From: Octopus sinensis
Lineage: Eukaryota
NCBI RefSeq assembly: GCF_006345805.1
Contig: NC_042997.1
Span: forward strand, 104,284,001-104,348,000
Length of the DNA stretch: 64,000 bases
Reading direction: 5' to 3'
In this document: positions 26,079 through 41,990 of the stretch, in pieces
How the letters are laid out: every line of letters begins with the position of its first letter
How positions within the stretch are numbered: the stretch's first letter is position 1
The notes under the pieces: generated by a model
Told to the model about the DNA's origin: nothing
Database searches by the model: none
The model's input: the letters and a program-made list of their open reading frames with translations, nothing else
Translations under genes and position numbers: made by a program

Positions 26079-27094
26079 GTGTGTGTGTGCGCGTGCGTGT
26101 AATGTATGTATAATTATATATATGCGTGTGTGAGCGTGTGTGTGTGTGTGTGTGTGTGTGTGATGAAAGGCAAAATCTACCTAGCGGAGATGCCACTTCT
26201 TAATAGCAAACGAAAGCGCTTTGTTTACATTTAAGATGTTTAATACGTCACGAAATTGGTGGTCGAGACGGAGTAAATAAAATAAAGCCGAATGACGGAA
26301 TATCATTGGTTAAAATTCTAATTATTAAACAACGTTAAACTTAGAAGTTACAATTCCGTTTTCATTCTGGTTTACAATTAAGTTTACTTTTGACACATTC
26401 TACCAGTATACGAAGTTTCAAATTGTTTGGTTCAGTAGGAAAAATTTGAAAAAACTGGCTTCAGAATAGAAAAGATCCGACAAACCACTTCCTCCTATAA
26501 TTTACTACATTTCTGCCCAAAATAGAAACATTTTTTTAAATGTGTTTCAGACTACAGCAATGCTAGGGCACCACCGTGAATGTTTTAAGTCGTGTAAATT
26601 AACAAACTGTACTTAGTCTCTTATGCCAAATCGCTACGTTACGGGGACATAAACAAGCCAACACTGGTTATCAAGCGGTGGTGAGAGAAGCACAACCACA
26701 GACACACACACACACACACACACATACATATACATACACAAAACACACACATATATATATATATATATACATACATATACATGGCGGGTTCATTTCAGTC
26801 TTTGTCTACCAAATGAGCTCACAAGGCTTTGGTCTCCCCGGGGCTATATTATATGACATTTGCCTAAGTCTCTATGCTGTAAGAGTGGACCTGAAGCATT
26901 GTGACTGGGAAGCGACCTTCCTACTACTGCGAATTGATAGAATGGTTTTTGTTATATTAGTTATTTGCCCCGGTTCAGCTCAGATCAGTTTTCTGGTTGG
27001 ACAATATGAGATAACAATCTAATATTGGAGTCAATCTAATCGGTTAACTCCTCTTCCCAAATTTCTGGTCTTGTGTCCCTATGTAAATTCTTTT

Positions 27095-27475
27095 CAAAGA
27101 AGTGAATCAGTAGAACCTTTAAAAACTCGGTCAAAATGCTTTGCAGTATTTAGTTAAAAATTCATATACTGTCGTGGTCCAATTCGTTTTCATGCAATCG
27201 ATGTCGGTAAAATAACGTACAGAGAAACTTTGGAGTCGAATTTATCAACTGAAACTCCTACCTTAGTGGCTAAACTTGGACTTATATATATAAAATTATC
27301 AAAGTTATTATATGCTACATAAGTTATCAGGTGTGTTGTCTTCACCGTGATCAAATTTGCCTTTCATGCTCTCGATGTTGAGAAAAGGATGTACAGAGAA
27401 ATTCTGCAGGCGATTTTATCAATGGAAAATTTCTAAACTTGGATCTATATATGAAATTATCAAAGTTATTATATG
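27095..27475 (+). repeat. Imperfect ~175-bp tandem duplication of decayed SINE B-like sequence
   Basis: gtacagagaaa...ttatcaa...taaacttgga...aaattatcaaagttattatatg occurs twice. Confidence 0.7.
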
Positions 27476-27694
27476 GCTGCTGTTTTGAGGTTTGAAGTCT
27501 CTCTACAGAACTCAAGAATCTTACTTAGGATTCTTAAGGAATGCAGTATTGTACTTTTAGGTAGGTCAACAACGCGTCTCTGAATTCCATTATCCTTCAC
27601 CCTTAGGTAACAGTTTGGGTGTTGTTCCAAGTGCATCAAATTCCATATTAACAAGTTCATTTTAGTCTTCTACAATCCCTTCCTCTCTATGACT

Positions 27695-28068
27695 ATTAGG
27701 GCAGCGGACTCGCGGTCATAGGATCGCGGTTTCGATTCCCAGACCGGGCGTTGTGAGTGTTTATTGAGCGAAAAAAGCTCCACGAGGCTCCGGCAGGGGA
27801 TGGTGGTGATCCCTGCTGTACTCTTTCACCACAACTTTCTCTCACTCTTTCTTCCTGTTTCTCTTGTACCTGTATTTCAAAGGGCCAGCCTTGTCACTCT
27901 CTGTGTCACGCTGAATATCCCGGAGAACTACGTTAAGGGTACACGTGTCTGTGGAGTGCTCAGCCACTTATACGTTAATTTCACGAGCAGGCTGTTCCGT
28001 TGATTCGGATCAACCGGAACCCTCATCGTCGTAACCGACGGAGTGCTTCCACTTCCATGACTATGCCC
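27695..28068 (+). mobile_element. tRNA-derived SINE, family C-related, with tail ...atcgtcgtaaccgacggagtgc
   Basis: B box ggtttcgattcc; the 3' tail is shared with 39712-40020. Confidence 0.85.
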
Positions 28069-29397
28069 TGATATTTCTCAATTTTCTCAATTTCTCTGTT
28101 ATTTACTCTTTTAGTGTGTGGCATTACATAATTTTGTTGTTGATGAAGCTGATATTTTGTTGTAAATAAATACGAAATAAATACGAGATTTGATAATGTG
28201 TCGTTTAATCTTTAAAAATAAGTTCCCACGAATCCCTCGATTTTAACTCGTTATCACTATCAAGGTTTTTAAATCAATTTCATTCTATTTATCTAACATC
28301 CGTGAGTCATTATGTAGAATAGGATAAGTAAGAGGAAATATATTTAATGTTTCTGATAGTTGAATTGTAGAAATTCAGTTCTACCAATATCTTTCACGTT
28401 TCATTTAGCTATAATGAATTGGTATTGGGTATTAACATTTCGAGTTTTTGTTAAATATATTTTTCTTTTCTTTTTCTCCTAAGAATTTTCCAAACATGTC
28501 AGAAGATGAAGAATTTTACATTCTTTGGAAAAATGGATATGGATATTTTTAAGACTCGAAAGATTTCACAATGTTCACGATGACAGGAGAATGCATGATT
28601 AAAAATAAATGTTATCGAATGATCTGATTAGTTTTCCTTCCTTTAGTGAGCCTTCTTGCTCGTGACATACCGTTCCCGGAGCACCACACGGCGTTTCTTG
28701 GACATTTTAAACAAATTTCATCTGGAGAGAATGATGGGGAGGCGGGTGGTTGACACGGGCTTTATTTATCGACCTAAAAATCTAAACGCAATGTTTACGT
28801 TGGATAGATTTGGACTCGCAGTACATAGGGAATGCTCTTCTATATTTTAGTAGGTTTGCTATAAATTGAATAAATAGAACAGCCTAACTAAGGTTTCTAC
28901 TCTAATACAAGAATCATGTAGAACTATCTTTGAAGGTTTTGCACAGTTAGTAAAGAATAATAGAGAGACAGATTTCACAGACTTAGATAACTACAAGTAA
29001 TATTCTATATAATATTCCACTTATAAGGTGTCAGCAGAGCTGTAGATTACATAAAAGGATTAGCTTCTGATAACAGGTAATTTTCCCCTTGTATAGATTT
29101 GATAATTTTTTAATTATTAATATAGTTATGAAACGAGATATTTCGCCGCATTTTTTTTCTAAAATGTCGCATTTTCTAGCTTTTGTAGAATTATTTGATC
29201 GTAAAGTTATATCTTTTCACTAAGTCCAAATTTCGCTTGTTGTTCATATATGGAAAATGATTAATATATGGTTACAGGTGATTTGTTTCTTGTGTAAATT
29301 TCATAAAAGTTTTCATAGTAATATTGTTATGAGCCAAGAGATATTACGCCTCGATTTCTTTCCAAAATGTCGCATTTTCTAGACAACCAAGTTATTT

Positions 29398-29492
<95 letters not shown>

Positions 29493-31458
29493 CGTTGTTG
29501 TTCAAATTTCTCTTGTGGTTGGTTTATATATGACAGAAAGAAAGACAATTTCTTTTTGTGCACACAAATATCTTTACAGCTATCACTAGTTAATTTCCGT
29601 CCATCCCAGATTTTAAGAATATGGGCAATATTAATATATAAATAAATAAATGAATTTAATTTTCTTATTTTAAATATTAATTTCTGAATTTCTATAGGAG
29701 TAATGAGCATATTTCCCTGTCATTGCTAAATGACACCTAAAGAAGAAATATATATAAACATATGTGAACTAGAAATAAATATTGTAATATTTATACACTA
29801 TCTATAAATATATAGATATAATAAATTCACATGTTTTTCATAGCATGACAGATATTTCCTAATCGTGTCATACTTCACAATGCATGAGGCAATATGGATT
29901 TTGAACCTTTAATATGTCACTCTTCAAATTTATCCATTTTAGAAACATGAAGATGTTGTCGCTGTGCATGATTTTTCTAAGTTTAATCATATAAAAGTGA
30001 TTAAAAATAAAGAAAAAAAGAAATTCCTCTCGTTCTGTTTTTCATTCTCGAATGGAAAATAATTTTCACTTTTATTTCATTTATTCAGGTTTTCATATTT
30101 GATTTATTTTGTTAACGTATTTATATATTTATTTATTCATCTTTTAACGTGATAATAAAGCTATTGTTAGCGCTGACATCACACACACGATACCAATCGG
30201 ATCAACATGTTGATGTTGCAAGAGATTTTTTAGAGAATAGCCTTCATAATCAACTAAGAGGAAAATTATATTTCTCACCTATAATTTTTGATTTCTGTGT
30301 TCAGTGGTTATTATTTTATAAGATACTTTGCATTAGTGCAATGTTCTGATTTGATTTTGTAATATTATCTCGCACACAGGCTAAATTAATTATTCAAAGT
30401 TTAATTCGAAATTTAACAACATTTCTTTCTTGTAAAAGTTGTCATTTTTTTCCCCGTTTGTTTTCTTTTATATTTGTTTATTTCTACTTTCTGAAATTCT
30501 TAATCAGAAAATAATAACAATTGCAAATAAAACTAAACAACACAGGGGTTTATCCTTTTCTCCATCCTAAACCAATTAACACGTGAGCAGCAATGAAACC
30601 CACTACCTTACACATTTACAGCAGTGAGTGAAGAGGAATCTGTCATTTTAGTCAGAATTATTCTACTCCCTCCTCAAAATCTGATTGCAAACACGACGAT
30701 GATTTTGTTTTTGTAATTTTCTTTGATATGTGAAGCTGTCAAATTTCAAATATTTTATTCTATTTCTTCCATTTTTAAATTTCTTTCTTCAAATTTTTGA
30801 ATTTGATAATTTTGTTAAAATTCTTCTCTATAACTCGAAGGAAAACTTACACAAAGAAGCTAGCGAATAAATTTTCGAAAAGGGTTAAAATAAACAAACA
30901 CAGAACACACATATATAGTACTAATAAAAGTTTTAATTTTCTTCATAAGAAATGGAAGTCATAACCGTGTTATATCGCAGGATTTATCATTTTCATTCAG
31001 AAATAAATGGGTTATATGCGAGAGAAAATATAAATAATTAAGTATAGATGTATATCTGAGAACTTACATGGCTTTTGTTTTATGTTTTCCTCTCCAAGTC
31101 AATGTGGGTTTAATGTTATAGTATAGGTCACATGAATACTTTCCCATTCTTCATACAAATATATATACATACATTCATAAATACATACATACCGCCAGAC
31201 AGATTAGATAAATAAATAGATAGGCATATATGTAGGTATATGCATATATTCTTATGACACACACATATATATATATACACTCCTGTGTGTGTGTGTGAGT
31301 GTGTGTGTCTGAGTGTGTGCATGTGTGGGTATGTATGTGTGTGTGTCTGTGTTTGTGTGTGTTACTGCGAAGTATTTCCAAGTCCACTGTCTTTGATACC
31401 AAGCCGGATTGGATTAAGATTCTAAACACTTAAAATATTTCGGTCCCCCCACCCAATA

Positions 31459-32774
31459 CAAGGGTATGCAAGAGTAACCGGAAACGTTATTTGTGGGACA
31501 AGCCCGTTATGGTTCAGGTTTCCGCCGCTAGAAGCCACTTAATGCAACCCTAAAGCATCACTCTGACGAGCAGCGTAGTCAAAGTCGTACTGCCATGTGG
31601 TGCTTCTTTGGTTTGCTGTGCTTCTCCCCTGTTTGTCGATTCTTGCGATGGCTGAAATGAAGGGAGAGCGTGCCTCCGGGAAAATCTGCTTCCTATCGCG
31701 GAAAACGGTAGCCAAAACAATCGTCATGCCTCAAACAGCTTACATGGACGCTGCCATGAGCAAAACACAAATCTACGAGCGGTTTTAATTCTTTAGGAAT
31801 GGTCACTTGTCGCTTGAGGACAAATCTCATTCAGGGCGACTGTTGACCACTCGAACAAATGAAAACATCACGAAAATACATGAGCTAAGTTGGAAGACCG
31901 TCGCCGAACAATTAACAAACTTGTTGATCTGACTGGTGTGTCCTGGACCTCCTGCCGACGAATTTTGAGCGAGGAATTGCTAATAAAATGAGTTGCAGCA
32001 AAAATTGTGCCTCGCTTGCTCACAGAAGATCAAAAGCAGTCAGGACGGAATACATGTCGTAAACTGAAAGAACTGCTACATGTTGATCCGGACCTATTTT
32101 GGAAGCTCATCACTGGTAACGAAAGCTAGTTCGACGGCTACGATCCGGAAACAAAGCAACAACCGACTCAATGGAAGCATTTGATGTCACCACGCCCCGT
32201 AAAAAGGCCTCAAGCGAAATCCAGTGTCAAGACGATGCTGATTTATTTCACCGATGCGAAAGGAATTGTCCATACAGAATCTGTTCCTCCTGGTCAAACT
32301 GCTAACGAGACATTTTACTTGGTAGTTCTGAAGCATATAATAGACGCGGCGAGACAAAAAGGCCCAGACCTGTGCCAAAGTGATGGCTTCACCACAACAA
32401 TGCGCCTGCGCACACCATCTTGAGTGTGAGACAGATCTTGACACAGAAATAGCATGAACCCACTTACCCACCCACCCTATTAAAGCGATATTACTCCCGG
32501 TGACATTTTTTTTTGTTCCCTTGAATGAAAGAATTCCTGAAAGGAAAACGTCTTGCAGATATAGAAGAGTTGAAGAAAAAAAAAACGACAGAGGTGTGTA
32601 AAGGCAACATTTCACAAGATTTCCAGCATTGCTTCGAACAGTGGGAAAACGTGTCTGGACTGATGCATTGTTTCAAATGGAAAATACTTTGAAGACGATA
32701 AAAGTTTAAACATGTAAAATCCAGGTGAATAAAATAATATTGCAAAATTCCAGTTTCTTTTGGATACTTTCTCG
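31459..32774 (+). mobile_element. Full-length decayed mariner
   Basis: Imperfect TIRs (tacaagggtatgcaagagtaaccggaa and the reverse complement of ttccagtttcttttggatactttctcgta); transposase remnants VPRLLTEDQK, YDPETKQQ, KTMLI, HHNNAP, FEQWE. Confidence 0.9.
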
Positions 32775-35294
32775 TATACATATAATTGAAAATATAAACA
32801 ATCATAAACCATAAAATAAATTCAAACTTTCAAGATGAAGCAAAATTAACAAAAGAGGGAAAATAATATTTATTTTTGTATACTTTCACTTAATTTATAT
32901 TTGAAAATCTTTCCCAAACTATTTTAAATTGCAAAGTCTTTGATCAGACCCTCACTATGACACATTGAACACTTCGAAATAATATTTGCCATCATATTAA
33001 CCGATTCGAATATTATTTCAGCAACTTTAAAGTGATTTTTTTTTGTGCTGTACACAATTTATCATTTCTAGATGATTTAAGCACGTACTTTGCTTAATGG
33101 TTAATCTAGCGCCTCTTCGATGAATAATTTATTGAAATGTTGAAAGACAATGTTGACCTGTGCGTGGTTTCAACTTAAAATACAGAAAACTGGGGCGAAT
33201 AATTCAAGGTAATCCCCAAATATATTACTAGTGTCTATTTGTGCAAGACAAGAAACCATCAATTGCTATACTTAACTTTGATAAGTTTGATACCATATTC
33301 GAACTGAAATATTGTCAAGCCTCAATTGTCTCACGGGAATTGTTGATATAAGTGTCAATTGTTGATTATATTCATGGGCAAATACGTTGCAACAGACCAT
33401 CCATCCATCCATTTGTCTTGCATTTTTGTCAACCTAGAATTGCATAATGCAATTGACCGATTTCTTTTTATAATTTGAAGCAAGCTAAACGATCACGTAA
33501 ATTTTGTTTCTTTCTCTTCGATATACATCAGTATTTCATAGAATTCCTTTTAATCGTATTTAGACCCTTTTCGATATGGAGTGACCCATATCCAGTCAAC
33601 AGAAAGAATTGCTATTGAAAATGCTCTTATCAATATGTGTGTGTTTTTCGCATTCCTTGAATTAGGCGTAGTCACGTGAGTAACACATGTTTAAGATATT
33701 TCAGCCAATTAAGAGAGTTAATTTAATTTATTACTTTCCCCACCTACTAGAGTGCCTTTATGAAAGACGGACACGTGCCTTCTAATTTTCTCTGACTTAC
33801 ACACACACACACGCACATACACACACATATATATGTTTGCATGTCTGCTTGTTCGCGTATGTATATATATATATATATATAGGTACACACTTACATACAT
33901 ACACAAATTCATGCATAAATACATGCATACGGTTATAAAAGATATATATATCTTTTCATTTGTCTTTAATTTATTGCGCTATTCATTTACAAAATCCCGC
34001 CTATTTCCAACATCATGAAAAATATAAACAAAATAAACGACTGTCAGGGTCATGAGAGGTTCTTCTTTTTTTTTTAAGAGATCTGGTATTCCAGCTAGTT
34101 CTAAATTACCAATTTAATCCGATGTAGCATTGATCGGCTGTTGCAAGTAATACGGGTGATTCTGTTGAATTTCTAAACTGCGTTACTATAGCATTATCTT
34201 ACGTATGGTGAAAGACATCCTTGAAACGACTGATGAAGTATGCAAACTGAGAAGGAAACACTCTGTATGGCGGTTTTCATCTTATTTCATTCGATGTAAA
34301 TTAAAAGTTTAAGGGAAAATGTAAACGAGGAAGAGTGAAAGAAACAGAGAAAAGCGTTTTTCATGTTTTAAGCTGTATCACATTGCCACAGCTATTAAAA
34401 TGATAAATATCCCATTTGTTATTTCTTTTACTTGTAACTTTGCTTTTCCACGGAAATATCACTGAAGGTTTTAAGAGACTGGTTCTTTAACTTGAAATGA
34501 GAACAGATGTCGGAAAGAATAATGATGGAAAAATTTGGGTGTGATATTGTAAAACGAGAAAAATACAAATAAAATCAGACGTTAATTAAGGAATAAAAAA
34601 GCAAACAGAAATAATACAAAGAAAAATTAAATGAAAAGTGAAAAAGAACGTGAATGCGTAATTAAAGAAGTATGTGATAAATAGTTGTTACTTGTTACAA
34701 CATAGGTTTACTGACATATATACGAGAAGATATCAAAGGACGTTTTGTGTATGAGTACGTGTGTGTGTGCGTATGCGCTAATGTGTATATGTGTATGTGG
34801 AGAAATACATTAGTGAGTGAGAGAGAGAGAGAGAGAAAGAGTGAAAGTGTATTTGTAATTTGTCTGTATATATGAATGTGTTCATACAGACGCGCACACA
34901 CACACACGCACACACACACACACACACATACACACAAGCATGTATATATTTATGTACGTATGTACCTATGTACGTACGTACGTATGTATGTATATTATGT
35001 CACCGATTCAGTCGGATAGAGAATGAGAGACTGGGAGGGAGTATGAAAAGAGGGTGAAAGAGAGAGAAACAAAGAAGCTGAAACAAAGATTACGAGAGGT
35101 AGTGGTAGATACATATTTTAGTTTATAACATATTGATATGCAGCTATTGTGAATACCTTAAAATATTACCGCTTTAAATGCCTCGACACTCTTTTCAAGT
35201 TTTTCCTGAAAAAGCACTGTTCGAAGCATTTAAATTTTTTTTCATTCAGCACGGCATGTTCACTTTACTCTCTCCATCTCTGTCTGTCTGCCTG

Positions 35295-35700
<406 letters not shown>

Positions 35701-36193
35701 ATTATTCTTTTCTGTTCTTCTAAGCTGTGTGTCCTTATGTGCACATGCGTTTGTGTCCATGTGTTTTGTGTGCGTGCATGTGTGTGTATGTGTGTGCATG
35801 TATATGCGTGTGTCATAGATTTTAGTAGCAGTGTGGCCTTCCCCTCAGCCCCCAACCTCTCACCCATTCTGCTGCTACTGTCCCAAGACTCGAGAAAAAA
35901 AAAACAGTACAATTCCTGTATTCCTCTGTGTATTTATGTTCGACCACGGTGTTGCCATCGTGGTAGTTGTTGTTGTTGTTGTTGCCGACAGTGTTAGTTT
36001 TGTTGTTGACATCATATGGCCGTTCAAGAAGGTTTCATGGGTGTGTGATTGTGTGTGTCTATGGATTCGCTTCCTATGTTTCCATGTCGTTTATATAGTT
36101 TTAACTATTTATATTATCTATCTCTGTCTTACGTTTATCACAGATATATTTATATATTCGTTTATGTATCTATTTATATATTCATTTATTTAC

Positions 36194-36338
36194 TCTTTTA
36201 GTCTTTTACTTGTTTAAGTCATTTGACTGTGGCCATGCTGGAGCACCGCCTTTAATCGAGCAAATCAACCCCAGGGCTTATTATTTGTAAGCCTAGTATT
36301 TATTCTATCGGTCTCTTTTGCCGAACCGCTAAGTTACG
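36194..36338 (-). mobile_element. SINE family D
   Basis: tttgactgtggccatgctggagcaccgcc...ttttgccgaaccgctaagttac. Confidence 0.88.
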
Positions 36339-36981
36339 ATATCCGATTTAGTGGTTTTTTTTTTTTTCATAGCTACTGAAATTTATAACACCAAACACAA
36401 GGAAATATAATGAGAATCATCACATGAAGATGAGATTTACACTAGAGAGATCCGTTTACTCACACATTATTAAGTTAAATTATTCAATTGGTAAATAACA
36501 GAAGAGCACAGCTCTACCTCTGTAATCATAGCTAAGAAAAAAAATATTTGGCTTCATGAAAGGGACGTCAGTTTATGTCAAGAAAAAGGAGACTTACGGT
36601 TGAGTATACATACATGCACATATAGATAGAACATATACATAAATACCTGCGTACATAAATGCACGCACACACACACACACACATGCATACATGCATACAC
36701 ACACACAAATATATATATAATGAAAACATGTAAAACATGTATATACGTATGCAAATCTTTATACAGAATCAGTATATATCTGTATATATAAATACAAAAG
36801 TGCATTTACACCAACACATTTATAGTTAATAAAGATAAGCACTGCATATATACATATGCACACAAGCACACACACATAACTACATATATTACTATATACA
36901 TACACATATATTGGGAGACAGAAATATAATTACTTAGATATATACAGGTATACAGACACACATATCTTTACATACATATAT

Positions 36982-37086
<105 letters not shown>

Positions 37087-37695
37087 GTGGGTATGTGTTT
37101 GCGCGCGTATATGTGCATTTGTATTCGTAACAGTGAGTCTGCGATGACAAACCATACAGTAAAATATATGAGACATTAAAATAAGTTGATGCCTATATTT
37201 CATGGAAGATTTTCTCATGTAAAAATCTGTGTTAGAATCTATACACATACATACGTAATACACATATATAGGCGCACATAAAGCAATACAAAATACACTA
37301 ACATTATGCATCGCTATATTATACATTAATTTTCAGTGTCTAATAGATGCCAACAATTGTAAAAATCACTTGAAATGAAAGTCTATATTCTTTTCTTTTT
37401 AGGAAATTGGTTATGGAAGCATGCAAAACAGCGCCCGCTGGTGAAAGCAACGAATGAATCTGATTTTCAAATAGCAATTATCCGCTCTGCATAATTTTTA
37501 GCATGCATGATGTAGCCTTGACTTTAACTTCATTTACATCGAAGCCCTCCATGCGTGATGAATGCATTGCCGTCTTCCTTGTCTTGGTGACAAATACAGA
37601 CAAGCTTTACATACATAAATTTATTCATACACCAGGCCTGACAACTACAAACACAGATCTGCATATGCACAAAGTATATATACATAGAATCACAT

Positions 37696-37744
<49 letters not shown>

Positions 37745-38499
37745 CACACACTCATACACACATATATACAAACACGCACATATATACACACATACCCGCA
37801 CACAGACACACGGATATATAATTAGAGACATATGAACGTGTTTGTGCACGAATGTGTGTAACTGTCCTATCTATCATTCTTGTGTATGTATGCATCTATG
37901 TATATGTATAAATAAATATATGAATGCATGGATAAAGCAAATTTGAGTGGGCGAGAAAGAGAGAAAAACACAAAAAGTGAGAAAGTCTGATTAGTGGAAA
38001 AAAAAACTTGATGTTCACAGAAGCAGTAGATTATTATTCAAAAATCTATATTTTATTTTGTTTTTGAGATTCGAATCTTAATATTATGTGTTCACAATCT
38101 GCTGATTCTAAAATGTTGCAATTTTCATGGCAAAATTAAACGTGAACTCTGATAATTGTAGGTTTAAAAAACTTTAATTCTTTTTACTTGTTGCAGTTAT
38201 TGAACTGCAGTCATGCTAGGAACACAACGTTGAAGAGCTTATTGGGACAAACTGACTCCAATATTAATCTCCTTATGATAGAATTACAGGGATGGAAACA
38301 AACAAACCCCGATTTTTCATGTGGTGAGAGCGACAACCAGAAGCGTGCGCCCGCACACACAGATGTCTATATTAAATCAATACTGCTTGCAAAAAAATTT
38401 CATTCATCAAATACGTCAGATACAAAGAAACGAGGGAGGTATCAGGTGATCGTGAGATGCGCTAAAGATAACAACTAAATAGCCATTTAATCACCCATC

Positions 38500-38700
38500 A
38501 GGGAAATTGTTTTTGTCGTTTTTGCATAACCGTTTCACTCACCGTGTGTATATAAATTCGCAAAACTTTTCTTAAAGTTCCAAAAAAAAAGGTTAGGTGG
38601 GGGGGTTATATGGCGTGCTTAAAGCAAAATTCTGCCCATATTTCTTGAATGCATACCTTATCTTAACTTTTTTTCGATTCACAATACGAAAAGAAATCTT
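38500..38700 (-). mobile_element. Fragment of an AT-rich non-autonomous DNA element (MITE-like), homologous to 42320-42900
   Basis: Reverse complement gtgaatcgaaaaaaagttaagataaggtatgcattcaagaa matches 42325-42370. Confidence 0.7.
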
Positions 38701-39711
38701 GTGCGCCGAAAATGCCCCTTAGTTATTTATCTACATTGTAAACAATGTAGATAAAGACTTTCTCTTCAACTAGTTGGCTAATTACTACGGCAATGATATA
38801 CCAATACCGTTTTTCAATATCACTACCGGAGAATTTTGATACAAAGAGCCAAGAGGCTAAAATGCGATTTAGCATTGATACCACCACCGCTGGACGATAT
38901 TCGTTCGTGACTGATATACCTCAGTATTTTTAGCACTATATCCCTATAAGCGATGCATGTATATTATGCACTCAGAATGAATATCGCAGTTTAGCAGGCT
39001 TTCAATAATGTATCAGTTTCAAGAATAATACATACATGCATACACATGCGCCCACGTATATGCACACTCACAAAAGTGCACTCACTCACAAGCAGTTAGA
39101 AAGACGATACAAATGCAAACAAGCGAAGATATAATCCAACAATTTTATGCATTTTATTATATTCTGTCTCTTTTTTTTTTATATGCTTCCTGTTTTGTAG
39201 AGTTTCATCCTTTCCTCCGTTAACTATACCAACTCATTCAAATTATGTGTCTACTCATCGAATTACACTGAAAGTGGTTGTGTAATCCAAACAGGCCTTT
39301 TCTTTTAAAATAATCGAACAGAATTAGCTTCATAGCGTATGACGAGACTGGCCTTTTGAGTTTATTTATAAGTATGACTTTCTTCTTCATAAAATGATAT
39401 CAAAATTATCTTGGGAATTATGCTGTTATTTTACTTTTAAGTTTTCTTACTAAATTGCTAATTCTTGTAGGCGACGGAGTGGAAACACATCATCTTGATA
39501 TCCGAATGATCAGCTCTACAAATTTAGAATAGGAGCTTACCACTTTTGCGAAACTTAAGTGTACATGCCTACATAAGTACATATGTTCATGCGTAAATAC
39601 ATAAACACACATCCCCCCCACAAACGCTGACACACACACACATACACATATATATTTATGTATGTACATGTATATGCATATCTAACTTTATATATGTACA
39701 CGCGCACCAAC

Positions 39712-40020
39712 TGGCACTCCGTCGGTTACGACGATAAGGGTTCCAGTTGATGCGATCAACAGAACAGCCTGCTCGTGAAATTAACGTTCAAGTGGCTGAT
39801 CAGTTCACAAACACGCGTGCCCCTGACGTTGTTCTCAGGGTGATTTAAGCATGACACAAAATGTCATAAAGCTAGCCCCTTGAATTACAGATACAACTAA
39901 TTTGCTAGCAGCTGAGTGGACTGGAGCAACGCAAAATAAAATGTTTTACCCAAGAACAGAACGCGCTTACTTGAATCAAACTTGCTACATTCCGACCGAG
40001 GACCGAAAAACCTAACCATT
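39712..40020 (-). mobile_element. tRNA-derived SINE, family C head with the 27695-type tail
   Basis: gcactccgtcggttacgacg...cagcctgctcgtgaaattaacgt...gagtggactggagcaacg. Confidence 0.85.
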
Positions 40021-40364
40021 AAATCACGCGTTAAATCTTTATTTCAGAATCATACTTTTATATAAATTACAAATTAATATGAGTTGCAATGGGTGTAAGT
40101 CAGATATTTATCAGTAATGACAACGTTTGTCCTGTTTTGATTTTACTAAGACTCTTTCACGCAGTTTAATCTAACCATTTTAGTACCATTTTTAACGGTG
40201 TTGCTCCGGGCACAGAATTGAAATCCTCGCTCGCTACCCGTTTTGGACCACTCTTACTCTTCTACTTCTATCTCATTAGCTGTTTTGCATGTTTGTATTA
40301 TAGCTAATTTCTTCAAACAATAGATTGCGATTCAATAATATTTACCCATTTTAGAAGGCGGCAA

Positions 40365-40540
40365 ACTGGCAGATTCGTTTGCACGCCGGAAAAAATGTTT
40401 AGCTGCTTTTCAACGAGATCGGCTTTGCAATTTATCCTTTAAGGGTCGATAAAATGAGACCCACTTGAGCATTGGGGTCAATGTAATCGAGTTACACACT
40501 TTCTCGAAATTGCTGGCATTGTACAAAATGTTTGTATATG
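40365..40540 (+). mobile_element. SINE family B
   Basis: aaggcggcaaactggcagattcgtt...gggtcgataaaatgagacc...ggggtcaatgtaatcga. Confidence 0.8.
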
Positions 40541-41990
40541 CCATTTTGTTTCGAATTTTAAAATTGCATGCTCATACTGTTTTCGAACTAGCAATTTTCT
40601 TGGCAAAATTCAAAGTAAAATAACTTCCTAATACCCAAATATCTTTATAGTATTTATGTTTTTATTTGCTACTAACATTAAAAGTAAGGTAATATTTTAG
40701 TGATGACGGGCCGGAATATCAGTGAAAGAGTTCCACCACTAGGATACTAAAATTATATGTTTGCAGAAGATCATAGTTATAATTAATGAACGAGTAGTGA
40801 AAGCTTGCGCATTTTGTAAATTTTAAACTGTTTAAGTTGGTCCCACCGCAGACAAACAAATTTTGGGGAAAAATAATAATAGAAATAAAAAGTTTTCAGC
40901 TGACATTCCTTAAAATAGGCCTTGAAAAGAAAATAGCTCACATAAATCAGTGTAACTCTGTATACTAAAGAATATCTCATTTTATCACACCTACTCTTAG
41001 AAACGTCCTAAAATCGGTGCCCTTTACATCTAACAGCATTACGTTAAGTAGTACCATAAACAAAATGGAATACTTTTTCGCTACTAATTGAATTTGTATT
41101 TATTTTATACGGGATGTATTTTGCAAGGTTAAAAAGATAACATCTCTTAGAAAAGAGTGAAAACATAAAGATCTCGTAGTTCTTCCTTATCAGTGGGTAT
41201 CAATTATTGCTTGTCACTGTAGCAAACCGTTTTCCCATGTGCAAACATATATTTTGAGCAGAATGGTGCTTATAATTGGGCTTGGTAATTTTATACTTTT
41301 GAGCATCAATTACGTGAAATTACATTCTTTAGGTCTACTAAACTTGCCATACAACTGGGCACATGCCATTGCACCTTGCCCGTTTCCTCATTCGTTACGA
41401 AATCTTTCGTACTAAACGTTGTTTACAGTGTAGATATATAACTAAATGGTGCTTTCGATGCAAACATTTTTTTGGGAGGTGGCCACGGATTTGAAAAGAC
41501 AAGTAATATTTCCACTAATAAAAACGATAAAAAGACCAGATTTAGTGCTATGGAATAGAGAACGGAGGATAGAAATTTTGCTAGAACTGACAGTGCCATG
41601 GAAGAGAACATCGGCAATGCAAAGGAATGAAAGGAGAAGAGGTACGAAAAACTAATCGAAGAGTGCAGAGTACAGGGATGGAATGTCCAGCATTACCACC
41701 TGGCAGTAGGGGCTAGAGGCTTCAATGAAAGAAAAATAACAACTCTATTCAAAAGAAGATTTGTTTTTTCTAGCTTGGAGCTGAGAAAACTAATAAGGAG
41801 AATACAGGAGGCGGTCGAAAAAGCCAGCTTCTCTATATGGCTGAAGCGAGAAGACCAGAAATGGCTTGAAAGTCATAACGTGCCGGCGGAAAATAACATC
41901 ACTAGGTGAGACAAGCTGACACTGAATTAGCTTCGCTGGCTGACAGGTGACGGTCGTTTAGAAATGCGTAGGCTAAGACTACGCGCCTTC

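Noticed and set aside
29120-29390. Imperfect ~200-bp tandem repeat (aaaatgtcgcattttctag) as a CRISPR-like array
   Set aside because: Only two units in a eukaryotic context with no spacer array; an ordinary local duplication.
34209-34218. TGAAAGACAT matching the start of miR-71
   Set aside because: The match ends after 10 nt and there is no precursor hairpin.
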